Positions 21,048 through 31,624 of a stretch of 64,000 nt of DNA are shown one piece after another. Source of the stretch: an uncultured Gemmatimonadales bacterium (GTDB lineage: Bacteria > Gemmatimonadota > Gemmatimonadetes > Longimicrobiales > RSA9); the NCBI GenBank assembly GCA_963741945.1, contig CAVUKA010000008.1, positions 64,001-128,000 of the forward strand, given 5' to 3'. The notes beneath the pieces were generated by a model. The model ran no database searches. It worked only from the letters and a program-made list of their open reading frames with translations, and was not told the origin of the DNA. A program made the translations under genes and the position numbers. Numbering within the stretch: the first letter of the stretch is position 1; each line of letters starts with the position of its first letter.

Positions 21048-22643
21048 ATGGGATTCCTCGAAGCGATCGGATACGACAGCTGGGTGATCCATTTCCTTCT
21101 CTGGTTCCCCCTGCTCGGCATGGCGCTGGCCATGGCCGCGCCGGAGGAACGGGCGAAGCACGTGGCATTCGGTGTTGCGGTGATCGAGTTCGTGGTGAGC
21201 GTGCCACTCTGGTGGGCGTTCAACACGGCAACGGCAGCTTTCCAGTTCGGCGCCGCGGTGCCGTGGATCGCGAGCTGGGGCATCTACTATCGGGTGGGGA
21301 TCGACGGCATCAGCATGCTGCTGGTCCTCCTCACCACCTTCCTCATGCCGCTCGCCATCCTCGGCTCCTTCCGCTACATCCGGACACGGGAGCGGACGTT
21401 CTACGGAATGATGCTCCTGCTGCAGGTGGGCGTCCTCGGAGTGTTCGTCTCCCTGGACCTCTTCCTCTTCTTCATCTTCTGGGAGCTCATGCTCGTGCCG
21501 ATGTATTTCATCATCGGCGTTTGGGGGGGCGAGCGGCGGATCTACGCGGCGATCAAGTTCTTCCTGTACACGGCCGTGGGCTCCCTCCTCATGCTCGTGG
21601 CGATCCTGTACCTCTTCTTCAAGTACCGGACGCTGACCGGCGGCGTGAGCTTCGCCTACATGGACCTGCTCCAGGTTTCGCTGACCTATCACGAGCAGTT
21701 CTGGCTTTTCGGCGCCTTTGCACTCGCCTTCGCCATCAAGGTGCCGCTCTTCCCGTTCCACACCTGGCTGCCCGATGCCCACGTGGAGGCGCCGACGCCC
21801 GGCTCCGTGGTCCTGGCCGCCGTCCTGCTCAAGATGGGCGGGTACGGGTTTCTCCGTTTCCTGCTTCCGTTCTTCCCCGCTGCGGCCACGGACGGCGCGA
21901 TCGTCACCACCATGATGGTCCTGGGACTGCTCGGCATCACGTACGGGGCGTGGGTGGCCGCGGTGCAGCCGGACGCCAAGAAGCTCGTCGCCTACACGTC
22001 CGTGGCTCACATGGGATTCGTGGTCCTGGGGATCTTCGCGCTCACGGTGCAGGGGGTGCAGGGGGCGATGATCGTGATGCTGAGCCACGGCGCTTCCACG
22101 GGGGCCATGTTCCTCCTGCTGGGAATGCTGTACGAGCGGCGGCACACGCGCACCATCGCCGAGTTCGGCGGGCTGGCCGCCGTGATGCCGATGTTCGGCA
22201 CCATCTTCGTGATCACGGCGCTGGCGAGCATCGGGCTGCCCGGGACGAGCGGGTTCGTCGGGGAGTTCCTGAGCCTGATCGGGACTTTCGAGACACACCC
22301 CTGGGTGGCGCTCGTGGCAGCGACGGGCGTGATCTTCGCCGCGTACTACATGCTGCCGATGGTGCAGAAGATCTGGTACAACGGGCTCGACAAGCCCGAG
22401 AACGAGAACCTGCCTGACCTGAGCCCGCGCGAGCTGACCGTCCTGGCCCCGCTCGTGGTGGTGATGCTCTGGATGGGCGTCTACCCCAAGCCGTTCCTCG
22501 AGCGCACCGAGCAGAGTGTGACCCAGCTGGTGGCCACCGTGGAGCAGAACCGAATCCCGATGATGGGACGCTTCGGCGCCGAAGAGATGAGCACCGTGAA
22601 CGTGGAAGCCATGAACGACGCGGAGGCGGCGAATGCTGATTAG
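21048..22643 (+). CDS. nuoM: NADH-quinone oxidoreductase subunit M
   Basis: GIDGIS, FWELMLVPMY, KVPLFPFHTWLPDAHVEAPT, LLKMG, GLPGTSGFVGEF. Confidence 0.97.
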   Translation: MGFLEAIGYDSWVIHFLLWFPLLGMALAMAAPEERAKHVAFGVAVIEFVVSVPLWWAFNTATAAFQFGAAVPWIASWGIYYRVGIDGISMLLVLLTTFLMPLAILGSFRYIRTRERTFYGMMLLLQVGVLGVFVSLDLFLFFIFWELMLVPMYFIIGVWGGERRIYAAIKFFLYTAVGSLLMLVAILYLFFKYRTLTGGVSFAYMDLLQVSLTYHEQFWLFGAFALAFAIKVPLFPFHTWLPDAHVEAPTPGSVVLAAVLLKMGGYGFLRFLLPFFPAAATDGAIVTTMMVLGLLGITYGAWVAAVQPDAKKLVAYTSVAHMGFVVLGIFALTVQGVQGAMIVMLSHGASTGAMFLLLGMLYERRHTRTIAEFGGLAAVMPMFGTIFVITALASIGLPGTSGFVGEFLSLIGTFETHPWVALVAATGVIFAAYYMLPMVQKIWYNGLDKPENENLPDLSPRELTVLAPLVVVMLWMGVYPKPFLERTEQSVTQLVATVEQNRIPMMGRFGAEEMSTVNVEAMNDAEAANAD

Positions 22644-24144
22644 CTACGCCTCTCCGTACGACTACTTCTGGGCGCTGGCGCCCGAGATCGTCCTTTCCGC
22701 CTGGGCGCTGATCATCCTCCTGGTCGACGTCTTCCAGCGAGGCGACCGGCAGGAGTCCGCTCGCCCGGTCGTGGCGTGGCTCACTGTCATCGGGATCCTG
22801 TGCGCCGCCGGGGCCAACACGTGGCTGCTCACGGTCCATGAGGCCGGCGTGGCCGGCCCGATCGCGCTCGACGGGTTCCGGATCTACGCCAACTACCTGT
22901 TCCTCGCGGCGGCACTGCTCTTCGTGCCCATCTCGTGGAACTACCTCGATGAGCAGAAGATGCGGCACGGCGAAATCTTCGTGCTGACGCTCTTCGCGAC
23001 CGTGGGCATGATGTTCTTCGCGGGCACACGCGACCTCATGCTCATATTCCTCGGTCTCGAACTGATGTCCGTGGCCGTGTACGTGCTCACTGGCGTCAAC
23101 CGCCGGGATCGGCGCTCGGCTGAAGCGGCACTGAAGTACTTCCTCCTCGGTGCATTCTCCAGCGCGTTCTTCCTGTTCGGCATCGCCATGGTCTATGGCG
23201 GTGCGGGAAGCGTGAATCTGAGTGTGATCCGGGCGGCCGTGGGCGTGGACGGCGTGGATGCAGGCCTGATGCTGACCGCCGGCATGGCCATGTTGCTCGT
23301 AGGCTTCGCATTCAAGGTGGCGGCCATGCCGTTCCACATGTGGACGCCGGACGCGTACGAGGGCGCTCCCGCGCCGGTGACCGCGTTCATGGCAGCGGGC
23401 GTGAAGGCGGCGGCGTTCGCGGCCTTCCTGCGCGTTTTCATGACCGGCTTCATCGGGCTGTATGAGACGTGGCTGCCGCTGGTCGCGGGCCTCGCGTTCA
23501 TCACCATGGTGTTCGCGAACCTGACCGCCCTGAGCGAGGACAGTGTCAAGCGCATGCTGGCCTACTCCAGCATCGCCCACGCGGGCTATCTGCTCGTGGC
23601 GGTCGCGGCCGCGAACGTGCTGGGGTCGGCGGCGTTCCTCTATTACCTCGTCGCCTACACGCTCATGACCATGGGCGCGTTCGCGGTGGTGTTCCTGGTG
23701 GCGGAGAAGCACGAGCTGCGCCTCGGCCTTGCCGAGTACGGGGGGCTGGGCTGGCGGGCGCCATTGATCGGTGTGACCATGACGATCTTCCTGCTGAGCC
23801 TGGCGGGCGTGCCCCCGACGGGCGGGTTCTGGGGAAAGTTCGCCATCCTGCGGGCCGCCGTGGAGCGCGACAAGATCTGGCTGGCGGTGACGCTGGTCCT
23901 CGCCTCTCTGGTCTCGTACTACTATTACCTGCGCGTGGCGTGGTACATGTGGTTCAAGGAGCCGTCCGACGAGCGCGAACCGGAGCCGATTCACGTCTCG
24001 CCCGGTGTCGCCGCGGCACTGGTGGTAGCGGCCGTGGCCGTTCTGCTCATCGGGATCTTCCCGAGCTGGCTGCTGAATCTCGCGCAGGCCGGCGCGGCCG
24101 CGCTGACCGGGTCGCCTTTGACGGCCGGCATCGCGGCACCCTGA
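22633..24144 (+). CDS. nuoN: NADH-quinone oxidoreductase subunit N
   Basis: EAALKYFLLG, FKVAAMPFHMWTPDAYEGAP, KRMLAYSSIAHAGY, SLAGVPPTGGF, YYYLR. Confidence 0.97.
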   Translation: MLISYASPYDYFWALAPEIVLSAWALIILLVDVFQRGDRQESARPVVAWLTVIGILCAAGANTWLLTVHEAGVAGPIALDGFRIYANYLFLAAALLFVPISWNYLDEQKMRHGEIFVLTLFATVGMMFFAGTRDLMLIFLGLELMSVAVYVLTGVNRRDRRSAEAALKYFLLGAFSSAFFLFGIAMVYGGAGSVNLSVIRAAVGVDGVDAGLMLTAGMAMLLVGFAFKVAAMPFHMWTPDAYEGAPAPVTAFMAAGVKAAAFAAFLRVFMTGFIGLYETWLPLVAGLAFITMVFANLTALSEDSVKRMLAYSSIAHAGYLLVAVAAANVLGSAAFLYYLVAYTLMTMGAFAVVFLVAEKHELRLGLAEYGGLGWRAPLIGVTMTIFLLSLAGVPPTGGFWGKFAILRAAVERDKIWLAVTLVLASLVSYYYYLRVAWYMWFKEPSDEREPEPIHVSPGVAAALVVAAVAVLLIGIFPSWLLNLAQAGAAALTGSPLTAGIAAP

Positions 24145-24163
24145 TCTCCCGCAACGGCCGAGG

Positions 24164-24201
24164 ACGGTCCCGGACCCTGCGCAGGGTCCGCGGACCGTTT
24201 T
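24164..24201 (+). terminator. Probable intrinsic terminator of the nuo operon
   Basis: ACGGTCC-CGGACCCTGCGCAGGGTCCG-C-GGACCGT stem (20-bp perfect palindromic core) ending in a TTTT run. Confidence 0.7.
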
Positions 24202-24234
24202 CGCTGGTGGCATGGACCTGAACGGAACGACGAC

Positions 24235-25608
24235 ATGGCCCTGAACGAGCACATCTTCCGCGAGTACGACATCCGCGGTGTGGTGGCCGAAGACCTCACC
24301 GGCGACGTGCCGCGCTGGATCGGTCGCGCCTTCGGGAGTGAGCTCCGCGCCCGCAACGGCGGCCGCGGCGACCTGACGGTCGCGGTCGGCCACGACAACC
24401 GCCCCAGCTCGCCCGCGCTCGCCGCGGGCGTGGTGAACGGCCTGCGCGAAGCCGGCGTCAACGTGGTCCTGGTGAATACGGTCCCGACGCCCACGCTTTA
24501 CTGGGCCGTCCAGCGCTTCGGCACGGACGGGGGGCTGCAGATCACGGGCTCTCACAATCCGCCGGAATACAACGGCTTCAAGATGCTGGCGAACGGCAAG
24601 TCGTTTTTTGGCGATGACATCCAGCTGCTGAAGCGTCGCATCGTCGGCCGTGATTTCAGCTCCGGGAATGGATCGCTGGAGGAGCGCGCCGCGCTCGAAG
24701 ACTACGTGGAGGATATCGCCGGCCGGTTCCAGCTTCCGCGGCCCGTGAAGGTGGTGGCGGACTGCGGGAACGGGACGGGGAGCCTCGTGGCGGTGGAGCT
24801 GCTCGAGCGGCTCGGGGCGAACGTGATCCCGCTCTACTGCGAGTCCGATGGCACGTTTCCGAACCACCACCCGGACCCCACGGTGGACGCCTACATCGCA
24901 GACATGATCGAAGCGGTGAAGCGCGAGGGCGCCGAGCTGGGGGTGGCGTTCGATGGGGATGCCGACCGTATCGGCGCCGTGGACGAGAATGGCCGGGTGG
25001 TACGGGGCGACATCCTCCTGCTCCTGTTCGGGCTCGACCTGCTCGAGCGGAAAGGTCCCGGGCAGAAGGTCATCTTCAATGTGAAATGCTCGCAGGTGCT
25101 CCCGGAGGTGCTGGAAGCCCACGGTGGAGAGCCCATCATGTGGAAGACGGGGCACTCCCTCATCAAGGAAAAGATGAAGGAGACGGGCGCTCCGGTGGCC
25201 GGCGAGCTGTCCGGCCACATCTGCCTGGGGGACGACTATTACGGCTTCGACGACGCTCTCTACGCCGCCTGCCGACTGATCGACCTCGTCGCCCGGAGCG
25301 ATCGCACGCTGTCCGGGCTCACGGCCGATTTCCCGAAGTACGTCTCCACTCCCGAGATCCGGATCGAAGTCCCCGAGGAGCGGAAGTTCGAGATCGTCGC
25401 GAAGGCGGTGGACGCGTTCTCCCGTGATCACGAAGTGATCGCCGTCGACGGCGCGCGCGTCCTGTTCGACGGTGGTTGGGGTCTGCTGCGGGCCTCCAAT
25501 ACCCAGCCCGTCCTGGTCCTCCGCTACGAAGCCCGCACGCAGGCGCAGCTCGACCGGATCCGGGAGACCATGGAAACGTGGCTCCGTTCGCAGGGGGTCG
25601 AGCCGTAA
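24235..25608 (+). CDS. Phosphomannomutase/phosphoglucomutase (AlgC-like)
   Basis: IFREYDIRG, ITGSHNP (catalytic Ser), FPNHHPDP, AFDGDADR, GELSGH, RASNTQP. Confidence 0.95.
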   Translation: MALNEHIFREYDIRGVVAEDLTGDVPRWIGRAFGSELRARNGGRGDLTVAVGHDNRPSSPALAAGVVNGLREAGVNVVLVNTVPTPTLYWAVQRFGTDGGLQITGSHNPPEYNGFKMLANGKSFFGDDIQLLKRRIVGRDFSSGNGSLEERAALEDYVEDIAGRFQLPRPVKVVADCGNGTGSLVAVELLERLGANVIPLYCESDGTFPNHHPDPTVDAYIADMIEAVKREGAELGVAFDGDADRIGAVDENGRVVRGDILLLLFGLDLLERKGPGQKVIFNVKCSQVLPEVLEAHGGEPIMWKTGHSLIKEKMKETGAPVAGELSGHICLGDDYYGFDDALYAACRLIDLVARSDRTLSGLTADFPKYVSTPEIRIEVPEERKFEIVAKAVDAFSRDHEVIAVDGARVLFDGGWGLLRASNTQPVLVLRYEARTQAQLDRIRETMETWLRSQGVEP

Positions 25609-25609
25609 C

Positions 25610-28348
25610 ATGAGCCGCCGCGCTGTCCGCACCCTCATCGGGATCGGTGCCGCGATGGTCGTCCTGCTCGTGGCGGGGCGTGCGGGCGTGGGCTTCTACA
25701 CGGACGTGCTCTGGTTCGGCGAGGTCGGATACCTTGGCACGTTCTGGACCCGGCTCTGGCTGCGGCTGGGGGTTCGCGGAGTGGCGGCGCTGATCGGGGC
25801 TATCCTCATCTTCCTGAACCTCTGGGTGGTGGCTCGCCACCTGGGGCCAGTCCGCGTGCGGCGGCGATACGGCAACCTCGAGTTCGCCGAGCGGATCCCG
25901 CACCGCTGGGTGATGCTCCTGTCCATCGCCGTGGCGCTCCTCGGCGGCTGGTGGCTGGCGGTCCTGCAGTTCGACGAGAACGCCATCCTGGCGGCAGCAA
26001 GCTGGGTGCGTCGGGTGCCCTGGGGATTGCAGGACCCGCTTTTCGGTCACGATGTCGGGTTCTACGTGTTCACGCTGCCGTTCGCGCTGGACGCCCTGGG
26101 CTTCCTCGTGCTGGTGACCGTCTGGAGCCTCACGCTGGTGGTGCTGGGCCACGTGCTTGCCGGAGGGATACGCTGGCAGGAGAACCGTCTGGACATGGCG
26201 CGCGCCGCACGGCTGCATGGCGCCGCACTCCTGGCGGCTCTGCTCCTCCTCCTGGCCGTCCGCTACTGGCTCGCCCGCTACCTCCTGGTCGTGGAGGGGC
26301 ATGGTGTGAGCGGCGCGCTGGGCTACACGGACGTGAAGGCCAGACTGCCCGCCTATGCCGCCCTCGCGGTCCTGTCCCTCGGGACGGGCGCGGCGCTGGT
26401 CTACGGCGCCGTGCGACAAGCGCTGCTTCCGCCCATCGTCGCACTGGGCGGACTCCTCCTCACCGGGTTCCTGCTCGGCGTGGCCTATCCGGGCGCGGTA
26501 CAGAAGTTCCGGGTCGAGCCGAACGAGCTGAGCCGGGAGGCGCCCTACATCCGGTGGAACCTGGAGTTCACGCGCCGCGCTTTCGGGCTCGACAGCATGG
26601 CCCGGCAGCGCTTCCCCTACCGGCCTGCGGCTTCTCCCGCCCCGGAGAGGGTCCGTCCGCTCCTGGCCCGGGTCCCGCTCTGGGATCCGGAGCCGCTGCA
26701 GCGGGCCTTCAATCAGATGCAGAGCCTGTTTCCCTACTACTCGTTCCCGAACGTCGAGTACGATCGCTACGGCCCGGAGGGGGGCGAGCGGCAGGTGGTG
26801 ATCGGTGTCCGCGAGTTCCATCCGTCCGGACTCGATCCCGCGGCCCGGACGTGGCAGAGCCTTCACTTGAATCCCTCGTACATTCAAGGGCTGGGGGCCG
26901 TGGTCGCGGCCGCACACCCGCAGAGTGGCGGCGCAGGAGCACCGGAGCTGTGGGTCCGCAACATCAATCCGGTCATCACCGATCCGACCGCGCCGCCGTC
27001 GGTATCGCTCCAGCGGCCCAATGTGTTCTTTGGACAGGCTACGGGCGAGTATGCGGTGGTGGTGCCGGGGCGGGACAGCATGCTCACAGGGACGCCGGGC
27101 GTGGACTTCCCATCGGGGATCCGGCTGAGCTCCTTCTGGCGCGTCCTGGCGTTCGCCTGGCGCTTCGGGGATGAGACCCTGTTGTTCTCGGGTGACGTGG
27201 ACCGGCAGAGCCGTCTGCTCTTCCGTCGCGCTGTGCGCGAGCGGGTTTCCGAAATCGTGCCATTTCTGTCGTGGGACGAAAACCCCCTCCCGGTCATCGC
27301 CGATGGGAAGATCGTGTGGCTCGTGGACGGCTACACCGCCTCTTCCTCCTTCCCCCTCGCCCGCGCAGTGGCCGTCCGCCGCGGACGCATCCGCTACCTC
27401 CGGCCCTCCGTCAAGGCCGCCGTGGACGCCGTGACGGGCGCTGTGACGTTCTACCGGGTGCTCGATGACGACCCGCTTCTGTCCACGTATGCCCGCATCT
27501 ATCCGGCGCTGTTCCACCCGCTCTCGGACATGCCGCCGGTCCTGCGGCGCCACCTCCGGTATCCCCAGCTCGCGCTCCTCACACAGGCCGAGGTGCTGCA
27601 GGAATACCACGTCCAGCGGGTCGAGACGTTCTATGCCCGCCAGGACGTCTGGGAGCGGGCTCGCAGCACCGCCGCCGGCGCGCAGCAGAGCGGGCAGCAG
27701 CCCATGTACGCCCTGGTGCCCACACCGGACGGCTCGGGCACGGTGGAGTTCCTGGGACTGCTCCCGTTCATCGCGCAGTCCAGGCAGAACATGACGGCGG
27801 TCCTCTTCGTCCGGAACGATCCGACTCGCTACGGTTCACTCGGCCTGGTGGAGCTTCCGCGGGATCAACAGATCCCGGGGCCGGGCCAGGTGCAGGCGAT
27901 GATCGAACAGGACCCTGTGATCTCCCCGGAGCTCTCGCTGCTGAGGCAGCGCGGGAGCGGCGTGGACATGGGCCGCATGCGTGTGCTCCCCATGGACAGC
28001 GCCGTGCTCTACATTGAGCCACTCTTCCTGAGCGCCGAGGAGAATCCGATCCCGGAGCTCTGGCGGATGGTGGTCAGTGACGGTCGTGCCGTCAGCATGG
28101 GTAGAACGCTCGACGACGCGCTCGCCGGGCTCGGCCAGGCGCCGCAACCTTCCACCGGCCAGCCTGCTGCGGCCGATTCGGCGGCACCGGCCATGGGCGC
28201 GTGGCCCCGGCAGGCGCTGGACGCCCTGGATCGGGCGCAGGAACGGTTGCGGGCCGGCGACTGGGCCGGCTACGGTCAGGCGCTGGAGGAGCTCCGGCGC
28301 ATCCTCGAGGCGGTGAACGGGGCGGGGGCCCCGACGGGGGCGGGATGA
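25610..28348 (+). CDS. UPF0182 family membrane protein
   Basis: YTDVLWFGEVGY, DPLFGHDVGFYVFTLP, GYTDV, VEPNELSREAPYI...TRRAFGL, LWDP, LRRHLRYP, YIEPLFL; N-terminal TM helices plus a large soluble domain. Confidence 0.9.
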   Translation: MSRRAVRTLIGIGAAMVVLLVAGRAGVGFYTDVLWFGEVGYLGTFWTRLWLRLGVRGVAALIGAILIFLNLWVVARHLGPVRVRRRYGNLEFAERIPHRWVMLLSIAVALLGGWWLAVLQFDENAILAAASWVRRVPWGLQDPLFGHDVGFYVFTLPFALDALGFLVLVTVWSLTLVVLGHVLAGGIRWQENRLDMARAARLHGAALLAALLLLLAVRYWLARYLLVVEGHGVSGALGYTDVKARLPAYAALAVLSLGTGAALVYGAVRQALLPPIVALGGLLLTGFLLGVAYPGAVQKFRVEPNELSREAPYIRWNLEFTRRAFGLDSMARQRFPYRPAASPAPERVRPLLARVPLWDPEPLQRAFNQMQSLFPYYSFPNVEYDRYGPEGGERQVVIGVREFHPSGLDPAARTWQSLHLNPSYIQGLGAVVAAAHPQSGGAGAPELWVRNINPVITDPTAPPSVSLQRPNVFFGQATGEYAVVVPGRDSMLTGTPGVDFPSGIRLSSFWRVLAFAWRFGDETLLFSGDVDRQSRLLFRRAVRERVSEIVPFLSWDENPLPVIADGKIVWLVDGYTASSSFPLARAVAVRRGRIRYLRPSVKAAVDAVTGAVTFYRVLDDDPLLSTYARIYPALFHPLSDMPPVLRRHLRYPQLALLTQAEVLQEYHVQRVETFYARQDVWERARSTAAGAQQSGQQPMYALVPTPDGSGTVEFLGLLPFIAQSRQNMTAVLFVRNDPTRYGSLGLVELPRDQQIPGPGQVQAMIEQDPVISPELSLLRQRGSGVDMGRMRVLPMDSAVLYIEPLFLSAEENPIPELWRMVVSDGRAVSMGRTLDDALAGLGQAPQPSTGQPAAADSAAPAMGAWPRQALDALDRAQERLRAGDWAGYGQALEELRRILEAVNGAGAPTGAG

Positions 28349-28415
28349 AGAGAAAGTCGCGGCGCTACGCGGATCCTGACGCGAATCTCGGTTGCCGGTC
28401 CCGGGTGGCTCGGTT

Positions 28416-29372
28416 ATGATGGCGCGGCGCCCGAGACAGGCCCGCACGATCGTGGTCGCGCTCGGCGGGAACGCGCTCCAGCCGCCGGGCGGGAAGGGCG
28501 ACATCTACGAGCAGTTCGCCCACACCCGGTCCAGCCTCGAGCCACTCGTGGCCCTCGCCCGTGAGGGCTGGCGCATCGCCGTGGTGCACGGGAACGGGCC
28601 TCAGATCGGGGATGACCTCCGGCGAAACGAAATGGCGCGCGAGTCCCTCCCTCCGCTCCCCGTTGGCGTGCTGGTGGCGGGTACCGAGGGGTGGATCGGT
28701 TACATGATCCAGCAGTCGCTGAAGAACGCGCTCGAGCGTTTCGGCGTGAAGCGTGACGTGGTCACGGTTGTCACGCAGGTGGTGGTGGACCCCGATGACC
28801 CCGCCACGACGGAGCCGGTCAAGCCGATCGGACGGGTCATGGACGAGCACGCGGCGCGCGACCTGGAGCGAAGCGGGATCCCGGTCCGGGAGACACCGAA
28901 TGGCTGGCGCCGCCTCATCGCATCGCCATTGCCGCTGCGCATTGTCGAGCACGTGCAGATCCGGCGGCTGGTGGAAGAAGGGACGATCGTCATCGCGGCC
29001 GGGGGCGGCGGCTGCCCCGTCTACATCGATCCGAAGCTCGGGATCGAGGGCGTGGATGCGGTCATCGACAAGGACCGGGCCGCACAGGTGCTCGGCGGCG
29101 ACATCGACGCAACCGAGTTCGTCATTCTGACGGACGTCGATGGTGTATACAGCGATTTCGGGAAGCCGGATCAGAAATTGATTCCCCGGCTGACGGTGGC
29201 CGAGGCGAGGGGTCTGCTGGGATCGGACGAGCTGGGGAAGGGGAGCATGGCCCCCAAGGTAGAGGCGTGTGTGGCGTTCGTGGAAGCCGGCGGAGACGCC
29301 GCTCACATCGGCCGCCTGGACGCCGGTCTGGAAGTGGTGGAAGGACGCACGGGAACGACCATCCTGCCGTAG
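28416..29372 (+). CDS. arcC: Carbamate kinase (start uncertain)
   Basis: VVALGGNAL, HGNGPQIG, KPIG, AAGGGGCPV, DAVIDKD, LTDVDGVY, GSMAPKVEA. Confidence 0.93.
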   Translation: MMARRPRQARTIVVALGGNALQPPGGKGDIYEQFAHTRSSLEPLVALAREGWRIAVVHGNGPQIGDDLRRNEMARESLPPLPVGVLVAGTEGWIGYMIQQSLKNALERFGVKRDVVTVVTQVVVDPDDPATTEPVKPIGRVMDEHAARDLERSGIPVRETPNGWRRLIASPLPLRIVEHVQIRRLVEEGTIVIAAGGGGCPVYIDPKLGIEGVDAVIDKDRAAQVLGGDIDATEFVILTDVDGVYSDFGKPDQKLIPRLTVAEARGLLGSDELGKGSMAPKVEACVAFVEAGGDAAHIGRLDAGLEVVEGRTGTTILP

Positions 29373-29414
29373 CGGGCACGGCGGCGGGAGCAATCTGCGA
29401 AGGGAAAGCAGAGG

Positions 29415-30548
<1,134 letters not shown>

Positions 30549-30727
30549 CGCAGGTCGATGGCTCCGCCGCCTCTGGCGGCTCCGCGGACCGACCGGTGGA
30601 ATCGCGCTGGTCGGGGTCGAATCGGCGCTCCGCGCCGCGGGCCGCGAGCGAGCGCAGCGAGCCGAACGGGGATCGACACTCGAAATTCATTGGGGCACCA
30701 CCCCAAGCACGCTGAGGATGGTTCGCG

Positions 30728-31606
30728 ATGGCGATTTTCATTGATAATGACACGCGCCTGGTCGTCCAGGGGATCACCGGCCGTGATGGGTCGTTCCATA
30801 CACAGCAGATGATGGAGTACGGGACCCGCGTGGTGGCCGGCGTGACGCCGGGGAAGGGCGGGCAGACCTTCGATGATGGGCCCGCCCCCGTTCCGATCTT
30901 CGACACCGTCGACGCGGCCGTGAAGGAGACCGGCGCCAACACCACCGTCATCTATGTTCCGCCCGCGTTCGCGGCCGACGCCATCATGGAGGCGGCCGAT
31001 GCAGGGGTCGACTTCATCGTGGCCATCACCGAGGGAATCCCGGTCCTGGACATGACGCGCGTCTACCCGTATGTGCAGGAACGCGGCGCACGCCTGCTCG
31101 GGCCCAACTGCCCTGGCGCGCTGTCGCCGGGGAAAGCCAAGGTGGGGATCATGCCCGGCTCCATCGTGCGAGAGGGGCGTGTGGGAGTGGTGTCCCGCTC
31201 CGGCACGCTCACCTATGAAGTGGTCTACCAGCTCACCCAGGCCGGAATCGGGCAGAGCACGTGCATCGGGATCGGGGGCGACCCGATCATCGGGACCAAC
31301 TTCATTGACACTCTCACGGCCTTCGAAGCCGATCCCCAGACGGATGCCGTGGTCATGATCGGCGAGATCGGAGGCACCGATGAGCAGAACGCCGCCGCGT
31401 TCGTGAAGCAGCACATGTCCAAGCCGGTGGTGGGCTTCATCGCCGGTCAGACGGCGCCCCCCGGCCGCCGGATGGGGCATGCCGGCGCCATCATCAGTGG
31501 CTCCGCCGGCACCGCTGCCGAGAAGATGCAGGCGTTCGAGGACAACGGCATCGCCGTGATGAAGCGCCCCTCGGACGTCGTGGAGCTGATCCGCGCGGCT
31601 CTCTAG
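30728..31606 (+). CDS. sucD: Succinyl-CoA ligase alpha subunit
   Basis: [40 protein letters not shown]. Confidence 0.97.
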   Translation: MAIFIDNDTRLVVQGITGRDGSFHTQQMMEYGTRVVAGVTPGKGGQTFDDGPAPVPIFDTVDAAVKETGANTTVIYVPPAFAADAIMEAADAGVDFIVAITEGIPVLDMTRVYPYVQERGARLLGPNCPGALSPGKAKVGIMPGSIVREGRVGVVSRSGTLTYEVVYQLTQAGIGQSTCIGIGGDPIIGTNFIDTLTAFEADPQTDAVVMIGEIGGTDEQNAAAFVKQHMSKPVVGFIAGQTAPPGRRMGHAGAIISGSAGTAAEKMQAFEDNGIAVMKRPSDVVELIRAAL

Positions 31607-31624
31607 CCGCAGCGCTGCCTGGCC

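Noticed and set aside
22213..25638. 1141-aa minus-strand ORF, and other long antisense ORFs such as 37376-40108, 43899-46409, 18953-21283 and 25319-27610
   Set aside because: They lie opposite well-conserved genes, have no recognisable motifs, and are the shadow ORFs expected from stop-codon scarcity in high-GC DNA
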